In this document: piece by piece, positions 4,568-7,520 of the stretch | Layout of the letters: each line of letters begins with the position of its first letter | How positions within the stretch are numbered: position 1 is the stretch's first letter | Origin: Salpingoeca rosetta | Lineage: Eukaryota > Protista > Choanoflagellata | Direction: 5' to 3' | DNA: 7,520 bases | Assembly: GCA_033442325.1 (NCBI GenBank) | Contig: JAWQFM010000042.1 | Location: 1 to 7,520, forward strand | The notes under the pieces: generated by a model | Databases searched by the model: none | What the model saw: the letters and a program-made list of their open reading frames with translations, nothing else | What the model was told of the DNA's origin: nothing | Position numbers and translations under genes: made by a program

Positions 4568-7027
4568 ATGAACGCCTCAGCGCTGGTGCTGGTGGCTGAG
4601 TGGCTGGTGCGCTCAGCACAATCAGCGACACAATCACCGACACAATCACCGACACAATCAGCGACACAATCAGCGGCGAGAACAGTCAGCTGTGACATGT
4701 GCGGTGATGATGACGCTATCAAGAGCAGGACAGAGTGCAGCAGGTACCTCGACTACGCCTTTGAGCCACCGGCTGAGGATGTGCTGCGCGACGTTCTGCG
4801 CACCTTCACCAACCTCATGCTGACCTGTCGCGAGCTGTACCACGACTTGCCGTGGGCCATGCCAAAGTGGTGCTTCGCCGAGGCGTTTGAGTTGGGTCCT
4901 GAAACGTGGGATCAGCGCGTTCAAACTATCGTGCACTGGCTCGACACCTTCCAAGTGCAGCAGCAGCAGGGAGAGGTGGATATGGAAATGACGAAGGAGA
5001 TGGAAGAGGCGGAGATGGTGGAAGAGGCGGAAATCATGGAGGAGGGCGTCTGTTCGGCTTCTGCCACGTGGCTGGAAACCCGCTTTCTCGTGTATGCGTG
5101 GCTGGGGGCAACGTGGAGCTCCGAAGGCACGTTCCTGCGTTCGAAGCTGCTAACGGCGTCCTCCTCGGCACCAGGAGGCAAGAACAGCCGCGCCTTCTGG
5201 CGCACGTTTACACACTGCGGACGCGTGTGGTTTGCTTCTCTGCAGGACTTGCAGTCCTGGGCTGCTGCCGCTGCCGCCGCGTCTGTGAGTTCACGGCGCA
5301 CGATGCGACAAACACACGCAGCACGAGCTGAAGGACCTGCCAGAACTACACAGGCACTTCCAGCGACGAGTAGAAAAGAGCACGAGAAGGAACAGGAGCA
5401 GGATGAAGAAGGACAAACAGAACGCAAAGGGGAGCAGCAAGAACAAGCAGAGCACGACCATGACCACGACCCGCAACACCACCACCACGACGACGACCCC
5501 CACCACGACGACGACGACCACCACGACCACCACGACCACCACCACCAGCAGCAGCGAGCACCTGCACTGTTCTCGCTCGTGGCAGTGTTGAACAGTCAGG
5601 CCGACGCCGATCAGTGGCACGAGCTGCGCGCAACGTTGCTGGGCAATGCAAGGGGGCACGACGTATGCCTGTGTGCACAGGAACCATTGGATTCCCTGAT
5701 GGTGAGCCACGTTGACAGTCTCGAGCTTCAGTCCGCTGACATCAACCACGCCACGTTCCATGACGTGCGGTGCATCGAGTGGTGGTACCAGGGGCAGCAG
5801 CAAGCGCTCCAGGCCACCTTCCACACTGTTTCACGCTGTGCCATCGACAACGGCGTAGCCCTTGTCAATGTCAGTCCTCTTGCGGCTGTCCCCGATGTGA
5901 GCATCTCGTGCACCCACAACCACCCTGTCGACTTGTCGCCACTCCGCGGCGTGCAGAACTTACGCGTCAACAAAACGCTTGTGGTTGCAGAGGAAGCACT
6001 TTCCACAGCGCAGCGCGTTGACCTGCACCGAGTCGCGCTCACCGCGGACACGCTCCATGCCGCACATGTCAAGCTGTCCCGCATGACTACGTTGCCTGAC
6101 ATGTTGCACCTTCCACGGGCCACCCATGTTGAGCTAGAAGACATGGGACCTGTGCCGAAGCTGCTAACTTGCCCGCCTCACCTTGACCAGCTTGTCGTTG
6201 ATGGCACGTCGTCACTTGTCCTTCCGACCATTCCCGACTTTGAGCACGCACATATCTTGGTGCTCAAGCTCCGTTCAAGGACAGCGTTCACACGTGAGCG
6301 GCTGGCGGACCTCAGCCGCCGTGCCTGCAAACTAGTGCTCAGCGGCTGTGTGACAAACGTCACCGACTTGCACGATATTCCTGACGACGTACAGGTGTCG
6401 GTGGAGCACGTCGAGAGGGTGGACGGAGCCGTCCCACCCTGTGTCACAACGTTGCATGTTCGCTTCAACGGTGAACTGCACTGCAAACACCTGGGCACGG
6501 TGCCATGCCTGGCCCTTCACGCGAGCGGCCACGACCTGATTCACGACTTCCAACTCTTGTCTGGTCGGAGGTGTCTTCACCTGAACGAATGCACGCTCGC
6601 TGGCGAGGTTGCACGCTGCCAGTACCTGGTGCTGAACAGGTGCTGCGGGTGCGGTGCGTTTGCACACGTTGATTGGCTCGTGATCCACCGCGCAACCGTC
6701 GTCGCATCCCCACCCGAGGTCGGCAACTGCTCCCACCTGCCACTTGATGACAGCGACTTGAGCATCGCGCATTGTCGTGCGGTGTTCCAGTGCCACCTCC
6801 GATGGTGCCGCATCAAAGACTTTGCTTGCTTCGAAGGCGTGCAGCGTCTCGTCTTGAAGAACTGCTACTTTGACAAGCTGGAAAGCCTTCCGCACATCGG
6901 GTGCGTCGTCCTGCGCCGTTGCTCCACCACAGACAGGCGTTGGCGCTGGCCAGACCGTGTTCTCGTCAATCGATCCCCACAGGAGATGAGGTCGGCGCTG
7001 CTAGCTGGCAAGGTGAAGAGCGGGTAA
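4568..7027 (+). CDS. Hypothetical 819-aa protein with degenerate leucine-rich-repeat-like C-terminal half and possible divergent N-terminal F-box
   Basis: Uninterrupted 2460-nt ATG..TAA ORF. LRR-like units include VNVSPLAAVPDVSISC, VDLSPLRGVQNLRV, IHDFQLLSGRRCLHLNEC, IKDFACFEGVQRLVLKNC and LESLPHIGCVVLRRC. No signal peptide evident. Coding status is well supported; the domain calls are by eye. Confidence 0.75.
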   Translation: MNASALVLVAEWLVRSAQSATQSPTQSPTQSATQSAARTVSCDMCGDDDAIKSRTECSRYLDYAFEPPAEDVLRDVLRTFTNLMLTCRELYHDLPWAMPKWCFAEAFELGPETWDQRVQTIVHWLDTFQVQQQQGEVDMEMTKEMEEAEMVEEAEIMEEGVCSASATWLETRFLVYAWLGATWSSEGTFLRSKLLTASSSAPGGKNSRAFWRTFTHCGRVWFASLQDLQSWAAAAAAASVSSRRTMRQTHAARAEGPARTTQALPATSRKEHEKEQEQDEEGQTERKGEQQEQAEHDHDHDPQHHHHDDDPHHDDDDHHDHHDHHHQQQRAPALFSLVAVLNSQADADQWHELRATLLGNARGHDVCLCAQEPLDSLMVSHVDSLELQSADINHATFHDVRCIEWWYQGQQQALQATFHTVSRCAIDNGVALVNVSPLAAVPDVSISCTHNHPVDLSPLRGVQNLRVNKTLVVAEEALSTAQRVDLHRVALTADTLHAAHVKLSRMTTLPDMLHLPRATHVELEDMGPVPKLLTCPPHLDQLVVDGTSSLVLPTIPDFEHAHILVLKLRSRTAFTRERLADLSRRACKLVLSGCVTNVTDLHDIPDDVQVSVEHVERVDGAVPPCVTTLHVRFNGELHCKHLGTVPCLALHASGHDLIHDFQLLSGRRCLHLNECTLAGEVARCQYLVLNRCCGCGAFAHVDWLVIHRATVVASPPEVGNCSHLPLDDSDLSIAHCRAVFQCHLRWCRIKDFACFEGVQRLVLKNCYFDKLESLPHIGCVVLRRCSTTDRRWRWPDRVLVNRSPQEMRSALLAGKVKSG
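4617..4675 (+). repeat. 12-bp coding minisatellite x5 (CACAATCA[G/C]CGA) encoding TQS(A/P)
   Basis: Units at 4617, 4629, 4641, 4653 and 4665. Confidence 0.92.
5453..5554 (+). repeat. (CAC/GAC)n trinucleotide low-complexity tract encoding a His/Asp-rich segment followed by QQQ
   Basis: HDHDHDPQHHHHDDDPHHDDDDHHDHHDHHHQQQ. Confidence 0.88.
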
Positions 7028-7062
7028 AGACGGGGAGTGTTGGGGAGGGGGTTGAGTGTTGT

Positions 7063-7064
<2 letters not shown>

Positions 7065-7150
<86 letters not shown>
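7065..7150. repeat. (TG)43 microsatellite
   Basis: Read directly, just downstream of the stop at 7027. Confidence 0.97.
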
Positions 7151-7151
<1 letters not shown>

Positions 7152-7459
7152 TGGTGCTGCACTTGGCCGTTGATGGCATGTGGATAGAAGGGGTATTTGC
7201 TGACGTGCTGATGATTGGTATAACGGTGATTGCCTTGTTGTGCTTGTGCACGAGAGAGGCGGGTGGTGAGTGGCGTGGTTGTTCTTGTGGCTTATTCAGC
7301 TTTACTTGCTGCGACAGTGTGAAGGAACAGTGAACAGCGTCACGCACATGAGTTGCAAGAATTCACGGAGAGGAAATGAGGGAACAGTGGCTGATGAAAG
7401 CAGGGGGATGGGAGGGATTGAGGCTGCGCAGAAACGCGCGAGCACAGCACATGAACACA

Positions 7460-7520
7460 TCAACACCCCGGATCGATGACGAGCACAGGACTCCGCATTG
7501 GCTGGAATGCCGTAAACTAG
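7460..7520 (-). pseudogene. 3' end of a paralog of the beta-propeller gene with a 1-nt frameshift (pseudogene, altered C-terminus or sequence error); partial at the right edge
   Basis: Minus strand reads CTA GTT TAC GGC ATT CCA GCC AAT GCG GAG TCC [T] GTG CTC GTC ATC GAT CCG GGG TGT TGA = LVYGIPANAES/VLVIDPGC*. This aligns without gaps to LIYGIPRFMDTVLAIDPSC* of the 3064-4386 gene once one base near 7487-7489 is removed. Confidence 0.75.

Overview
Eukaryotic, GC-rich, gene-dense genomic DNA with spliceosomal GT-AG introns and many long (CA)n/(GT)n tracts. This style suggests a choanoflagellate such as Salpingoeca rosetta (inference, not verified). Genes run as two head-to-head pairs plus a fragment. 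(1) 5' part of an intron-containing DUF547-family gene on the minus strand, running off the left edge. (2) A complete 4-exon mitochondrial rRNA adenine dimethylase TFB1M/KsgA gene on the plus strand, 321 aa after manual splicing. (3) An intronless minus-strand gene for a secreted 440-aa protein: signal peptide, short beta-rich module, coiled coil, then seven ~46-aa KW-G-NG-IDP beta-propeller repeats ending in Cys. (4) An 819-aa plus-strand ORF with a possible split F-box, low-complexity linkers and degenerate LRR-like repeats. (5) At the right edge, missed by the ORF track, the 3' end of a second copy of the propeller gene with a 1-nt frameshift. The most interesting signal is the intronless propeller / F-box-LRR / propeller block, which may be a repeated gene cassette, along with the polarity of the microsatellites relative to splice sites.
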